A program made the translations under genes and the position numbers. The notes beneath the pieces are model-generated. The model did no database searches, was not told the DNA's origin, and worked only from the letters and a program-made list of their open reading frames with translations. Below, one piece after another: positions 12,852 to 25,030 of a stretch of 45,044 nucleotides of DNA (position 1 is the stretch's first letter; the number at the start of each line of letters is the position of its first letter). Origin of the DNA: Vitrella brassicaformis CCMP3155 (Eukaryota > Protista > Chromerida); NCBI GenBank assembly GCA_001179505.1, contig CDMY01000601.1, positions 1 to 45,044 on the forward strand, given 5' to 3'.

Positions 12852-14317
12852 ATGAGCCAAGACTTCTCCGCTAACTGACACTGTCTGACACCCTTTTGCC
12901 TGCCTGCCTGCCTGTCTGCCTGCGTGATATCGCGCCTGCCTTGATGTGTCTTGATGCATTCCTCCATGTGTGTGGGTCGTTGAATCAACGACAGACAGAG
13001 AGATATGGGTGGGGGGTGGCCTGAATGGCAGCCGAACGTGTGTGTGAGTGAGCTGTGCCTGCCTGCCTGCTGCGTGCATGTGTACGTCATATGCTATCGA
13101 TCGTGTCGGATGAGTCATATGTGTGAGGGAGGATAGCCAGTGCCTTGGATGATGGGACGGTTAGGGCGCGTGGCAGCACAGCGTCGTTTGCTCTGCCCGC
13201 TCCTGCATGGGAGGCACGAGCGATCCCCCCACACACATGGCGGACCGAATGGACGGATGGATACCAGGGATAGACAGACTTCTCATGACGGGGGATTGTA
13301 AGGTGCTGTGCCGATGGATGCATTAGGCGTGTTTTCACGATTTGGTTGCTGTCTGGCGACTTTCCTCCTGCTGATACAGCGTGTGCCGATGCCACGGCAC
13401 GTGCTGGATCAGCAGGAGGAGGCTCCCGACACAGCAAACAGATCTTGACAAACACACCAAGCACACACACGCGCTTGTTCTACTCACTCTCTCTCTCTCT
13501 TCATCGGGGTTGTGTTGATTTTGAGCGTGCCCGTGTCCGTGCGTTGAGCGAAAGCTCAAGTGTTTTATGCGGGGGGGAAGGTCTGAGAGGCCGCTGTTTG
13601 ACAGAGATGCAGTCGCACCAGCCTTTGATGCGACGGCCGCCCACCAGAAATGGCACCCCACACATACACACACACGTGTTGTGTGTGGGGCTGAAAGGGG
13701 CTGGCTGGCCTGTCATCTGCAGTGAGTCAAATGCTCGAAACGCTGCGTGGCCCTCTCTGTCGGAGGGTCAGCAGCGAACTCAATTCAGACTAGTCCTGCA
13801 CAACCCCCAACACACAGGGAGAGAGAGAGGGAGACGGCGGGAGGAATGTGTGTGGTTTCGGTGAGACGTGCGGTGAGTTGTTTCCATTTGTTATGTCTCG
13901 TGATATTGGCTATACGGGACGCTTGCGTGTCGTTGAATGCACTCACTCCAAAATTCGTTGACGCTCGCCACGTGTGGCCTCCGAGTATGACAGCACTCGC
14001 CAGTCAGCCGGTCATTCCACGGCACGGCACGGCAGACACACCACAGCACAACGTCCGAAAACGGCCACAACACGTGTATGTGTATGTAAGCAGGCATATG
14101 TACACGCGAAGGATAGCAAGCGTACACACATCCTGTCAGTCATGCAAAAAGTGTGTGTATGCATGCACTTAGCGAACCACATCAAGCAACCGACCCTCTC
14201 CCTCCCTCTAGTGCTACAACAGTCATCTCTCGCAGAGTAGATGGATACCGGACTGTCTGTCTGCCTGTCTGTCTGTCTGTCTGCGCGTCGGAGTGTCTGC
14301 CTGTCTGTGTCGGTGCG

Positions 14318-17300
14318 TCAGGCCTGAGGTGGCGCGAGCTCGACCACCTTGACGCGCGGGTTGCCACCATACTTGCCTGCATAACGCCACACACACAAAT
14401 CGATGCATTTGTCGTCTCTCTCTCCCTCTCTCTCTCTAAGTGTGTGTGTGTCTGTAGGTGTCTGTGTGCCGACCGATGACGTGTTGTTTGATTTCGTAGT
14501 GCGGTGTGAAGAAGAACCACTGCTTCTGCGGATTGGCCATGGCCAGCTCAAACAGCAAATCCATGCTGGGAGGTAGACCACACACATCAACACACCACAC
14601 ACGCACCATATCAATGCAGTCGTCTCTGTGTGTCATTGTTCAAAGCTCACTGACTTGCGTATGCGATTGACTTCGTCCATGTAGACGTCGGGCTCGTCGA
14701 ACAGGTGCACTGGGAAGTCCTCCAGCTGCGCAAACGCCATCAACAATGCACACTGAACCTATAGAACGCACATACACACACAGGCAGATGGTGTCGTGCT
14801 GTGCGGCTGATGTCCCATTGCCCCATCCACCGATCCGCTCACCGTGCTCTTCTCCCCCCCGCTAAGGCTTTTGAGGTCTTTGGTGACCAGCTGCTTGTCC
14901 CGCTGGACACTCTGGCTGCCCACATCCTGCGTGTTGACCACCTCAACGTCTATCGAATACGTCTCCGACAACACTGCCGATTCGTCACGCTCACGGTCAC
15001 GGCTGTTGTCGCGCCGGGCCTGCTGTCGTCTGCGGTTGTTACTGCGGCCGCCCTCTTCCTGGTCGCTGTCGGCATCGTGGTCCTGCTCGCCTCTCTGCCG
15101 CGGCTTGTGACGACGGAAACCCAGATTGCCTGCACACAGGGGTGGTAAGGGGCGTGTTGTGTGTTGGGGGAGAGGGAGGGGTCAAATGGGGCGTGGGGCT
15201 GGTCAGCTACCTTGCCAGTTGATGGTGTTAGCGCAGCACTGCTGGAAAGTCTTCTTCATTTTGGCGCGCTGGGCTTGCTCGGCCTCCAACACCTTCTCGG
15301 ACCGCCTCAAGTAGTTCTCCTGCGCACACACACACACACACACACTCGTTCATGTCACACCCACTATGGTGCGGGCATCCGTCGATTGTGGTGTGGGCAT
15401 TGGTTGACCTTGGCTTTCTTCTCGACGGCTTCGATTCCGTTGACGCGGGCCTCGATGTCCTTGAGCCGCCGCTCCGCCTCGGCCGCCTCGCGCTCAGCTT
15501 GCTGCACCCACCACACACACACAAGCAAGGCAAGAAGTGGTGAGCAGAGGAGATGTGTGTTGTCGCGTTGTGCTGGTAGGTACCTCGGGAGTTTTGCCCT
15601 GCTGTTTCTCCATCTTTTCGATGTAGAGCTTGAGCTTACGCGCCTCCTTCTTGTACGCCTGACGCACCACACACCACACACACAAGACTATCATCTGTAC
15701 TGGACCCCCCTGCACCCCCTCTCCCCAGGCACCTCAGCGGTCATGGTGACGTCTTCCGGTGGGTCGCCCATCTCTTCGGCCTCGGCATTGAGCCGCTCCC
15801 GCTTGACGGTGATGTTGTGCTGGATGGTCTCCTGGTCGCGCTTGGCGTCCTCGGTCCGCTTCGACACCTTCTGCTGCGCTTCGGACAGCTGTGTGTGCTC
15901 CGTCTCAAGCTCGGCCTTTCGCTGCCACACACACAGACACGTGTGACAGATCGTTTTGGTTCTTTTGTGGAGCGTGGGTGTGTGTGGGTTAGGTACGTTG
16001 TGCGCGGGTCTGAGGTGCTGTTCAGCCCATGTCTTTGCCTCGGTCTGTTTGGCGGTGAATGCCTGCTCGTGGCGGCCCTTGTCCTGCTGGATGGTCGAAA
16101 GCTCCCCCTGGGCCTTGGTCACGTGCTCCTGCACACGCGACGCACGTATTGAGAAGTGCATGGCATGCAGCAACACGCACGCATCATGGCCATCACAGGG
16201 ACAGGAGCCGGTGTGTGTCTGTTGTGGTTTGTAGGCACCTGCAGGTTCTTGATGCTTGTGTCCAGCTGCTCAAGATTGGCGTCGATGCTGCTCGTGTCAA
16301 CCTGCACACGCACGCACACACACAAACAAGAAGGTGGATGGGTGAGTGAGTTAGTGCACTCCTTCCGTGTGTGTCTCACCTACCTCCCGCTGCGCGTCGA
16401 TCTGCACGTGGTCGAGCTTCTCGTTGAGCTTCACCTCCTGCGCAAGGGCCTTCTCACGCTGGCTGTTGAGCTGCCGGATGTTGCTCTCAGATTGCTGCAC
16501 AACATACAGACACCCACACACGCACGGACGCACAGACAGGGAGGGAGGGAGGGAGGGGAAGTGGTGCAGGTCGCCACTGTCATGTGAGGTGCCTGCCACA
16601 TGCTGCGAAGAGCCCACCTGACCTGTCTGGCTTGTCTGATCTGTTGCTCCTGGTTGGCGATGCGCTGCACATCGGCGCGGGCCTGACCGTGCTCCTGAGC
16701 GCAGCGGGCGTCCTCGGCCTGGGCAGCCTGGCAGCACACAAGACACAGACAGACAGACAGACACGGACACGGACGGGGTGGGAAGGCAGGACCGATTGCG
16801 ATTGCGTGTGGGTGTGCGTACGTGCCTGAATCTGTGCGGTTTTGTCGATGTCCTCGTTGATGTACTCCAGGGCCAGCCGGCGCTCGCTGCCAGCCATCCG
16901 AGGGTACATCACACCTGCACACACACATGCAACTCATGACACACACGTAGGCCTCCATCCTTGGTGTGCACACACAGCTCCGTCCAGACATACCGAATCC
17001 GCCGGTTCCGCCGTAGTTGCGGCGGCCGAAGGAGAAGCTCGCCAACTCGTACACCTGAGTGATCTTCCCTATGCTGACAAAGTTGGCACAGAGGAGGGAG
17101 GGAGGGAGGGAGAGGGAAACACCCACACCCGTCATCCACCTCGGTCGCCTTGGTGCCATTGATTGCCCACGCCAACCCCCCCACCTATTGTCATGCAGGA
17201 TTTGGTTCTGTGTGTCGCGGTCTCGTGTGATGATGGTCGTCACGGCCCCCTTGTCGGCCATGTGGTTGAGCACTACCGGAGGCATCTTGCCCTTGTCCAG

Positions 17301-20300
17301 ACACCGCCACACACTCAGCAGCTGACCCGCAATGCCCCCGTCGTCACGGCTGACGTCATACACACCGCCGCGGAAGCGCGACACACGCTGAATCTGCATA
17401 ACACACACACACAGAGAGAGGGGCAAGGATGCACACAGGCATTCAGGCGTGGCCTAGGGTGGGTTGCTGTGTACCTGAAATGCCGGCAGCTGCCCGGCTC
17501 GCTGTGGGCGACCGAAGGCCTCTCGAGGCAGCCCACAGTCCATCAGGATTTGCTGACACCAACACACACACACACACACATGCCAGCAGGAAGGCATGCC
17601 AGCCCCGCCCCTCCCTTCCTCCGTATGTGTGTCGATCTCACCTTGAGTGAGTTCTCCTGGTCCTTGGACAGCGAGGGCACGATGAACGTGGTGAGGCTGT
17701 TTCTGAAGATCTTCTCTATCAAACACATGACGGCCATCCGCTCCGCCTCAGTGCCCCCCAGCCCGTCGTGCTGCCGCAGCTGGTCCCTGCCTGCGACGCT
17801 GATGAAATACCCCACCGGCCCCACCGGCACCCCATCCGGGAAGAGGTGGCTACGCTCCTGCAACACCCTCTGAACACGCTCCACCTACGACACGCCCACA
17901 CACATACACACGAGGTGAAGGTGGTTTGGGTGGTTTGCGTCCGTCCATACGTCGTAGCCGTAAGTGGCTTTGAGTCTGTTGGGTCTGTTGTGCTGCTGCC
18001 CCTGCCCCTGCAGCGCCGCGAGCTTCCGTTTCGCGTCGGCGGCCGCTGCCTGGGCCTCGCTCTCCCGCTCACGCGCCACACGCATCTCACGACTGAGCGA
18101 TTCCGCCTCCTTCTGACGGGCCTCGGCTGCCGCATGAGTGTCCTGACAGACAGCGAATACATCCATCCGTCCATCCAACCGTGTGTAGAGTGGTGTGAGT
18201 GAGTGCACGTTTGTATGGTGTGGTATCTGTGTGTACCGCCAGCTGCTTGGAGGCAGTTTCCTGCTGCTTGGTGAGCTGGGCCAGCTTCTGCAGTCAGTGG
18301 TGGAAACACACACACATACATACACACACGGATGGATGGATGGAGGCGTGTGGGAGGATGTGACATGTGGTGTGGGTCACTCCCTCCCCTCCCCCTCTCT
18401 CTGTATGTCAATCGGCTCGCTGACCTCCTTGATGGCTTTGATCTGCTGGTCCACCTCCTCCGTTCTGTCGCGCAACAGACCCGCTCGCTGACAGACAGAC
18501 AGACAGACAGACACCAATCTCGTCAGTCAATTGTCATCCCATGCATCGACCCATCCCATCCATGTGTGTGTGTGGTTGGCTGCCTGTGTGTCGAGTTGTT
18601 GTTTGTCGTGTCGCCTGTTGGCCAGCTGGGTCCGCAGCTGCTGCACCTCGGCCTGCTTCTCCTCCTTGGCATGCTTGGCGCTCTCTACCTTCTCCCTCAG
18701 CGCCTGCATCTCCTTCCGGTAGGTGTTCTTCTGCTCACTCAGCCCGCGCAACTCCTACACACACATAGATACATCTATGTGTGTGTGTGTCTTGGTGTGG
18801 TGTGGTGTAGTGGGGTGCAGTGAGTGAGTGAATTACGTCAGTGGCCTTCTGCAGGGCTTCCTCGCACTCCTTGAGGCGTGTGTTGACGTCGTCGGCCTCC
18901 TCCTGGCGGCTCTCCTCGTCGGCTACCATCTTCTGAAAGGCCGCCTCCTCACTCTCAAGCGCCTTCTGCTCGTGATACAGCTTCGCATACGGCACCATCG
19001 CCTCCAGCCTGCACGCCACACACACACACACACACACACACAGAGGGAGGGGAGTGTGTGTCTTTGGTGTGTGTGTGTGTGTCTGGTGTGGCTGGTGGGT
19101 CACCGCAGTTGGTCAGAGATCTTGTCTTTGAGCTGTCGCATGTTAGTGGCTATCTTGTTCTTGTGCTTGAGCTCACGCTGCGCCTCTGTGCGCTCCTCCT
19201 ACACACACACACACATCCACACACATCCACACAGACATGGAGGGACCATTGCCGTGCGGTGTGTTGTGTTGTGGTTACGATGCTGCTGCTGAGTTTGTGC
19301 TGCGTCTGTTCGTGTTCCTTCTTTTCCTTCTTGAGCTCCTCGAAGCACACGCTGAGGCCAGTGGTGCGCACAAACATGTCATACAGCTGAGACACACACA
19401 CAGACACACACACACAGAAGGAAGGAAACAGTCAGTCAGGTGCAGAGGAGTGGTGGTGGGAGGGGAATGTGACCTCGATCCCTGAGGTATCCTTGAGTAG
19501 CGTCTTCGACCGTGCTTGATGCAGGAAGACGATGGGATTGTCGAGCTGAGAGATCACACAGACAGACAGACAGACAGACAGGCCAACAGGCAGCACGCAT
19601 CGATCCTGCGCGCACAACCGTTGTGTGTGTGTGTGTGTGAGTGAGTCCGTACGTTGAGCTTGAGTGCGTCGCGGAGGGCCTCGAAGTCCTTGTGCTTGTC
19701 GCCCGTGGCGCCGCCAGAGCCCTTCAGAATGTACTTGCTGCGCCCGCTCCTCCAGATCTCCCTGGGCGCATGCCGTTCCACACACACGAGAGATATGTGT
19801 GGTGCGGTGCGCTGCCGTCTGTTGGCCTGGCGTGGCCACGCTCCCCACCCCCCCAAGCCACCACGTACCGCTTGAGTTCGATCTCATCGCCCATGTCGTC
19901 AGGTTTGTATGCCTCAGGTCCGCGGTTGGTGAGTGTGAGGGTGACGACGGCCTTGGATGGGCCGTTGGCATCCATGTCACGGATGTACTTTTTGATGGTC
20001 TGCCCACGCCCCGCATTTTGGCCTTGCAGACCCACCACCAGAGCTATCGCAGACGTCAAAGCACTCTTGCCAGCTGCACACACAACACAACACAATACTG
20101 GCGGCGCATGTAGGAGATCTTGTGTGTTTCTTCCCTCACAGCCATTGGGTCCGACGATGAGGTTGATGGAACTGCAAACACACACACACACACACACCAC
20201 ACGCACACACACGTGCACGCCGCGCATGTGCGCGGCGTGCATGTGTGCCGGGTGTGCAGCGTGGCTGTGCGACTGACTGACCTGGCCGGGTCGAAGGCCA

Positions 20301-20400
20301 CCCGTTCGTGGTTCATGAAGTTCTGGAGCTCCAGTCGCTTGATCTTGCCGGCGTACTCCCACCCCCCGTCGTCCGCGTCGTCCATCTCAACGTCACCCAT
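14318..20400 (-). CDS. SMC6: Structural maintenance of chromosomes protein 6
   Basis: N-terminal IKRLELQNFMNH and spliced Walker A GPNGSGKS, followed by RGQTIKKYIR...KAVVTLTLTNRGPEAYKPDDMGDEIELKR. Long coiled coils, hinge PVGPVGYFISV, signature LSGGEKS and Walker B/D-loop VHLFDEPDVYMD are present. Stop at 14,318. Confidence 0.93.
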
Positions 20401-20885
20401 CCGTGTCGAAACGTACCAGTTCACGCCGCCCACCGATGGATGCCGGCAATGGAGCCGCTGCCTTCAAGTGGCTGCTTCGTCATTGCCATTGCCGCACCTG
20501 CACACACACAATGCACACAGCAGCTTGCGCTGAAAGTTTCGCGACGACTGGTGGAACTCTGTGTGTGTGTCTGTGTGTGTGAGCTGACCGGAATCGGAGG
20601 AGTGCGTCTTCTGGCGGCTTAGAAGAACGCATGTGCATCGATAACAACACCTGCTGCACGGCACACAACAGAGAGGTGACAGAGATCTCAAACTTTGTGC
20701 CGTCAATTGAATGTGCGAGTCTTTCTGTCTGTCTGTCAATGCCTTCTCACCTCTATGCAACCACAGCAGCTCAAGAAACGTTGCTTCTCGCCGGGATCGT
20801 TGCGAGCTTGGAGAGATCTCCGCGACGAAGATGAAGAGGCCTGTGTTTGGCTGCGGATGACTGCGTTTGACCAGCACTTGTGAGT

Positions 20886-23800
20886 ATGCTTTTAATCGGG
20901 CCTCTGTTCGCGGCATGTCTTGTCCTCCGTTTCCTCACCGCCACGGGTGTGATGCCGCCGCCGACGGCTCGGGATCCATCGCCCCTCATACCCAACGCCT
21001 TCATCCTCCCACCCCTGCACAGCCAGCCAACACTCAGCGCAAGGCCGCGGCCGCGCCACACCCTTATCGCAGCCATCGAGACGGAGAGGGACGTCGACAG
21101 CGCACTGCAGCTGCTAGCACAAGACGACCGACCGGCCGCCATTGACGATGCCGCCGTCGCGGCATCAACGAATCGCAGGGTCAGCAACGAGTACACCTTG
21201 CCCGTGAGCACGCGGCTGCCGATGCCCCGCTCTCGCCTGGCGAGTGTGTTGGAGAGGCTTGAGGAGCTGGTGCCGCCATCTCAGTCCCCCATGCGCTTCC
21301 GCAACAGGGTTAAGGGTGTTCTCAAGACGGCAGCCAATCGGGCACAGAGGCGGCGGACACTGCGGGAAACCAGGAGGCGAAAGCGGCACCAGGTCAACGG
21401 CAACGGCGAGGGGCCATCGGCTCAGGAGATCCCCTCACAACCGCGAGGCTTTCAAGTCGATGAGGCGGCTGGAACATCAGCCGAGGCCGAGTCAGCCAAG
21501 GCCAACAACCACGGGCGTCTCGAGAGCAGCAGCAGTCGTGTGTCCCTCCGTCCATGGCGGCCTGTCCCGCGAAGCGGCCACAGGCCGCCCGACGGGGAGA
21601 GAACAGTAAAGGCCAAGAAGGGCTTTGTGGAGGTGGAGAGAGAGGTGTCGTGGATCCCTGCCGAGGAGAGGGAGAAGATCGCTGAGATGCGGCGGCAGCT
21701 GAGTGCCGACCTCGCCGACCTCCCGCCATGGCCGGAGCTGGTGGGCGACATCCGGCTGCTGCGCTACCTGCGCAAGTGCAACGGCGACAGCGAGGCGGCT
21801 GTGCGGCTGTACCAGTCGACGATTGTGTGGCGGCGGGAGAATGATGTCGACCGCATCCGTGAGGACATCGTGCAGAACCGGCTGACCATCCAGGACATCG
21901 TCAACGGCCGCGTGCAGTTCCTCATGCTCGACGAGGCCAATATGACGGCGGCCCCCAATGGGCAGCTCTTCAACGCCACGCAGGACGACCTCATCAGGTC
22001 GGGCAAGCGCATCCTCGATTTCCTGCCCATCGAGCTGGCGTACGGCTTCTCTGAGGAGACGGGCGAGATGGTGCAGTACCTCTCGGCGGGCAGGTGGAAC
22101 ACGCGCGGCATCGGGAGTGCCTGGATGGAGGGCAGGATCAATCGCGAGGAGTTTCTGCGCTTCTGGGTGTACATTGCCGAGGTGATATCCATAGAGGCGG
22201 ACCGGCTGTCGCGACGACAGCGGCGGCTGACGCGCGTCCACGAGATCGTGGACGTGTCGGGGTGCTCGGTGGGGCAGGTGTCCAAGAGCTTCTTCAAGCT
22301 CCTCAAGCCGTGGGTGCAATTCGTCCAGAGCCACTACCCCGAGACCAACAGGGACATCCTCTTCTGCCGCACGCCCTTCATCTTCTCCTTCCTCTGGTCA
22401 GTCAGTGACGCGACGCCAGTCACACACCCTCACACACACCACAGAGACCATACCATCTCTCCCTCCCTGTCCGTACTGCACTGCACCCATATGTGTGTGT
22501 GGCATCAGGTCGGTGGTGACGAGTGTGAGTCTGCTGGATGACGCCACTTTGGCCAAGGTGAAGCTGCTGGACGTCGACGGCCCCCAGTTCATCGACTGGT
22601 ACCGCAACTTCAAGGTCAGGCTACTCAGTGGATTCACCAAACGAGACCAACTCGACTACCTCCCCGAGAACCTCGTCCCCCTCAACGCACCCAGTAGCAA
22701 CCACCACACCGTTCTCCACGCCACCGCACAGCAGCAGCAGCAGCAGCAGCCAGACGCAAAGCAGCCGCCAGAGATGTCTGGTGAAGGTCAAGAAGGAGTG
22801 CTCATCGACATAGGCGAGAAACAGGCGGTCGACGAGGAGGAGCCGATCGAGGAATTGCCGCCCCCGGCCCCGCTCATCCCGTCGTGGGCAGTGCAGCCGA
22901 GCGACAGGGTGCGGCAGCTGCGGGAGAGGCTGCGGGACGACCTGGCGGACGCGCCGGCCTACGACGACCTTGTGGGCGACTACCGGCTCATGAGGTACCT
23001 CACCGCTCACAAGACGGTCGACGCAGCGGCTGAAAGGTGAGCAGCAAGGACGATGACGGTCACACACACATTTGTGGTGCCATTGTCGATCGATGTATGC
23101 GCATCAGGTATCGCAACACACTACGGTGGCGCTCCGAGGAGGGCGTGGACGCCTTGCGAGCAGACCTCACGCGCAGCGACGCGTCGATCGAGTCATTCCC
23201 CGGCGCGACTGAGGTGCTCAAGTACCTCAGCGTCGGATTCGCCATGCCAGCCACTTCTGGCGACGAGAATGACGACAATAGCGGCCATCCGTCGGTGCCC
23301 ACCGCCTACATCGGCCTCCGTGACACTGCTGGGCTGGTGAAGGCGATCGACAGAGGGGATCTCACTATGGTCGGCCGCTGACAGCCACAGGGCAGCAGGA
23401 GGATCGATGGCCTCACTCACTCTCTCTCTGTGTGTGCGTGTGTGTGTGTGTGTGTCAGGGTGAGTTTCGCGATTTTTGGCTGCATTACAGCGAGTACGTG
23501 ACGATCCAGGTGGACAGGCTGTCGTGGCGAGAGCGGGGACCCGTATACATCAGACAAGTCATCGGACTGCACGTAGGGCTTTATCCGTCCATCCATCCAT
23601 CCATCCCTACTGCATTGCGCTCTGTGTCGGTTGTGTCATGTGTGCAGGAGCAGCGCCAGAGCAAGCTGCCCCCTCGTCGATTCTTCACGTTGTTTCGCGA
23701 GATCATCGGTTTCCAGGAGCAGCACTACCCCGAGACCACCTCCCAGATCGTCATTCAGAGCTCCAACCCCGTCGTGTACCTCGCGCTGCAAATCGTCAAA

Positions 23801-24307
23801 GCACTCGGGTGGGTGGGNNNNNNNNNNNNNNNNNNNNNNNNNNNNNNNNNNNNNNNNNNNNNNNNNNNNNNNNNNNNNNNNNNNNNNNNNNNNNNNNNNN
23901 NNNNNNNNNNNNNNNNNNNNNNNNNNNNNNNNNNNNNNNNNNNNNNNNNNNNNNNNNNNNNNNNNNNNNNNNNNNNNNNNNNNNNNNNNNNNNNNNNNNN
24001 NNNNNNNNNNNNNNNNNNNNNNNNNNNNNNNNNNNNNNNNNNNNNNNNNNNNNNNNNNNNNNNNNNNNNNNNNNNNNNNNNNNNNNNNNNNNNNNNNNNN
24101 NNNNNNNNNNNNNNNNNGGGGGGGGGGGGGGGGCCGGAGAGAGAAAGACATAGATGGCATGACTGACGCACAGCATAGAGGTCGATGTGTGTCGGGTGTG
24201 TGTGTGTGTGTGCGTTTATGTGTGTCGTCAGGTTTTTGTCGCCGGGCTTCTTTCAGAAGGTGGTTGTGGCGTCTGAGAATGAGGACCTGCTGCATGGACG
24301 GGCATGA
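20886..24307 (+). CDS. Tandem (two-domain) Sec14/CRAL-TRIO lipid-binding protein with N-terminal signal peptide and transit-like leader
   Basis: Two homologous units begin LVGDIRLLRYLRKCNGDSEAAVRLYQSTIVWRRENDVD and LVGDYRLMRYLTAHKTVDAAAERYRNTLRWRSEEGVD. Core motifs EIVDVSG...QSHYPET...RTPFIFSFLW and EQHYPET are present. Hydrophobic N-terminus MLLIGPLFAACLVLRFLTATG. The last intron spans the 300-N gap. Confidence 0.88.
23818..24117. other. Assembly gap (300 N)
   Basis: Run of N followed by a 16-G homopolymer. Confidence 1.
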
Positions 24308-25030
24308 TGATGGATGGATGGATTAAGCAACCTATCCATCCATCCATCCATACGTCGATGCATGAAGGCAGCTCGATGGGTGTACAGCTAGCCAGGCAGC
24401 CACAGTTGGCCAGGGCAGGGCTTGTTACGTTGTGTTGCGTTGCGTTGCGTTTGTACATAGCTGACTTGGTCCTGTCCGTCTATCTGTCGGTCTGTCCTGT
24501 GGCTGACGTCATGCCTGTCTGTCTGTCTGTATGCCTTGATGCCCATTTTTGTGATGCCTCACCATGGCACGAAGTGACTGACACAGCCGGCTTGGTTCAT
24601 CTTTACCTGCATGAGCTCCTTGCGACATGAGTGAATGACAGGAAGAAGTTGTCCCCACACTGGATCACCTGTGAGTTGTCCCAGTGACTCTGTCTATTTC
24701 TCGTTCTCAGCGAGTAATGCACATGCATCGTCCATTGTAGTGCTGTCGTCAGATCAAGACACATACATACATACATACATACGGCCTTTGCGTGCTCCTC
24801 CATCTCGAAAAGGCGGGAAAAGGCAGCAAGGGCTCTGATCGAGTGAGGATCGACTCGCTGATTTTCTCGGATCTGGCACATTCATTTCCCGATGTTTGCA
24901 CACGAGTCGCTTCTCAGTGTGATCAGTCACACATTTCGCCGAAGAAACAGCCGAAAGGAGGGCGGAAGCGCTTTCGAAGCGATCTTGCAAGCTCAAGAAT
25001 GAGGAAGAGAACGTGCAGGCACTTGTAGTG

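Noticed and set aside
12900-14300. ORFs at 13,087-13,470 (-), 13,346-13,864 (+) and 13,747-14,172 (+)
   Set aside because: No recognisable domain, rich in microsatellite-derived residues, and no consistent exon chain found. Treated as intergenic or UTR.
20130-20150. Possible GC-AG intron in the SMC6 Walker A exon
   Set aside because: A canonical donor (GGC T|GTGAGG) gives the expected GPNGSGKS.
20464-20916. 150-aa minus-strand ORF between SMC6 and the Sec14 gene
   Set aside because: Includes (CA)n-derived sequence, overlaps the divergent promoter region and has no motif.
21452-22334. Long antisense ORFs (280 aa, 180 aa)
   Set aside because: Shadow frames of the GC-rich Sec14 coding exon.
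23432-24326. ORFs spanning the N gaps
   Set aside because: Artefacts of translating through Ns.
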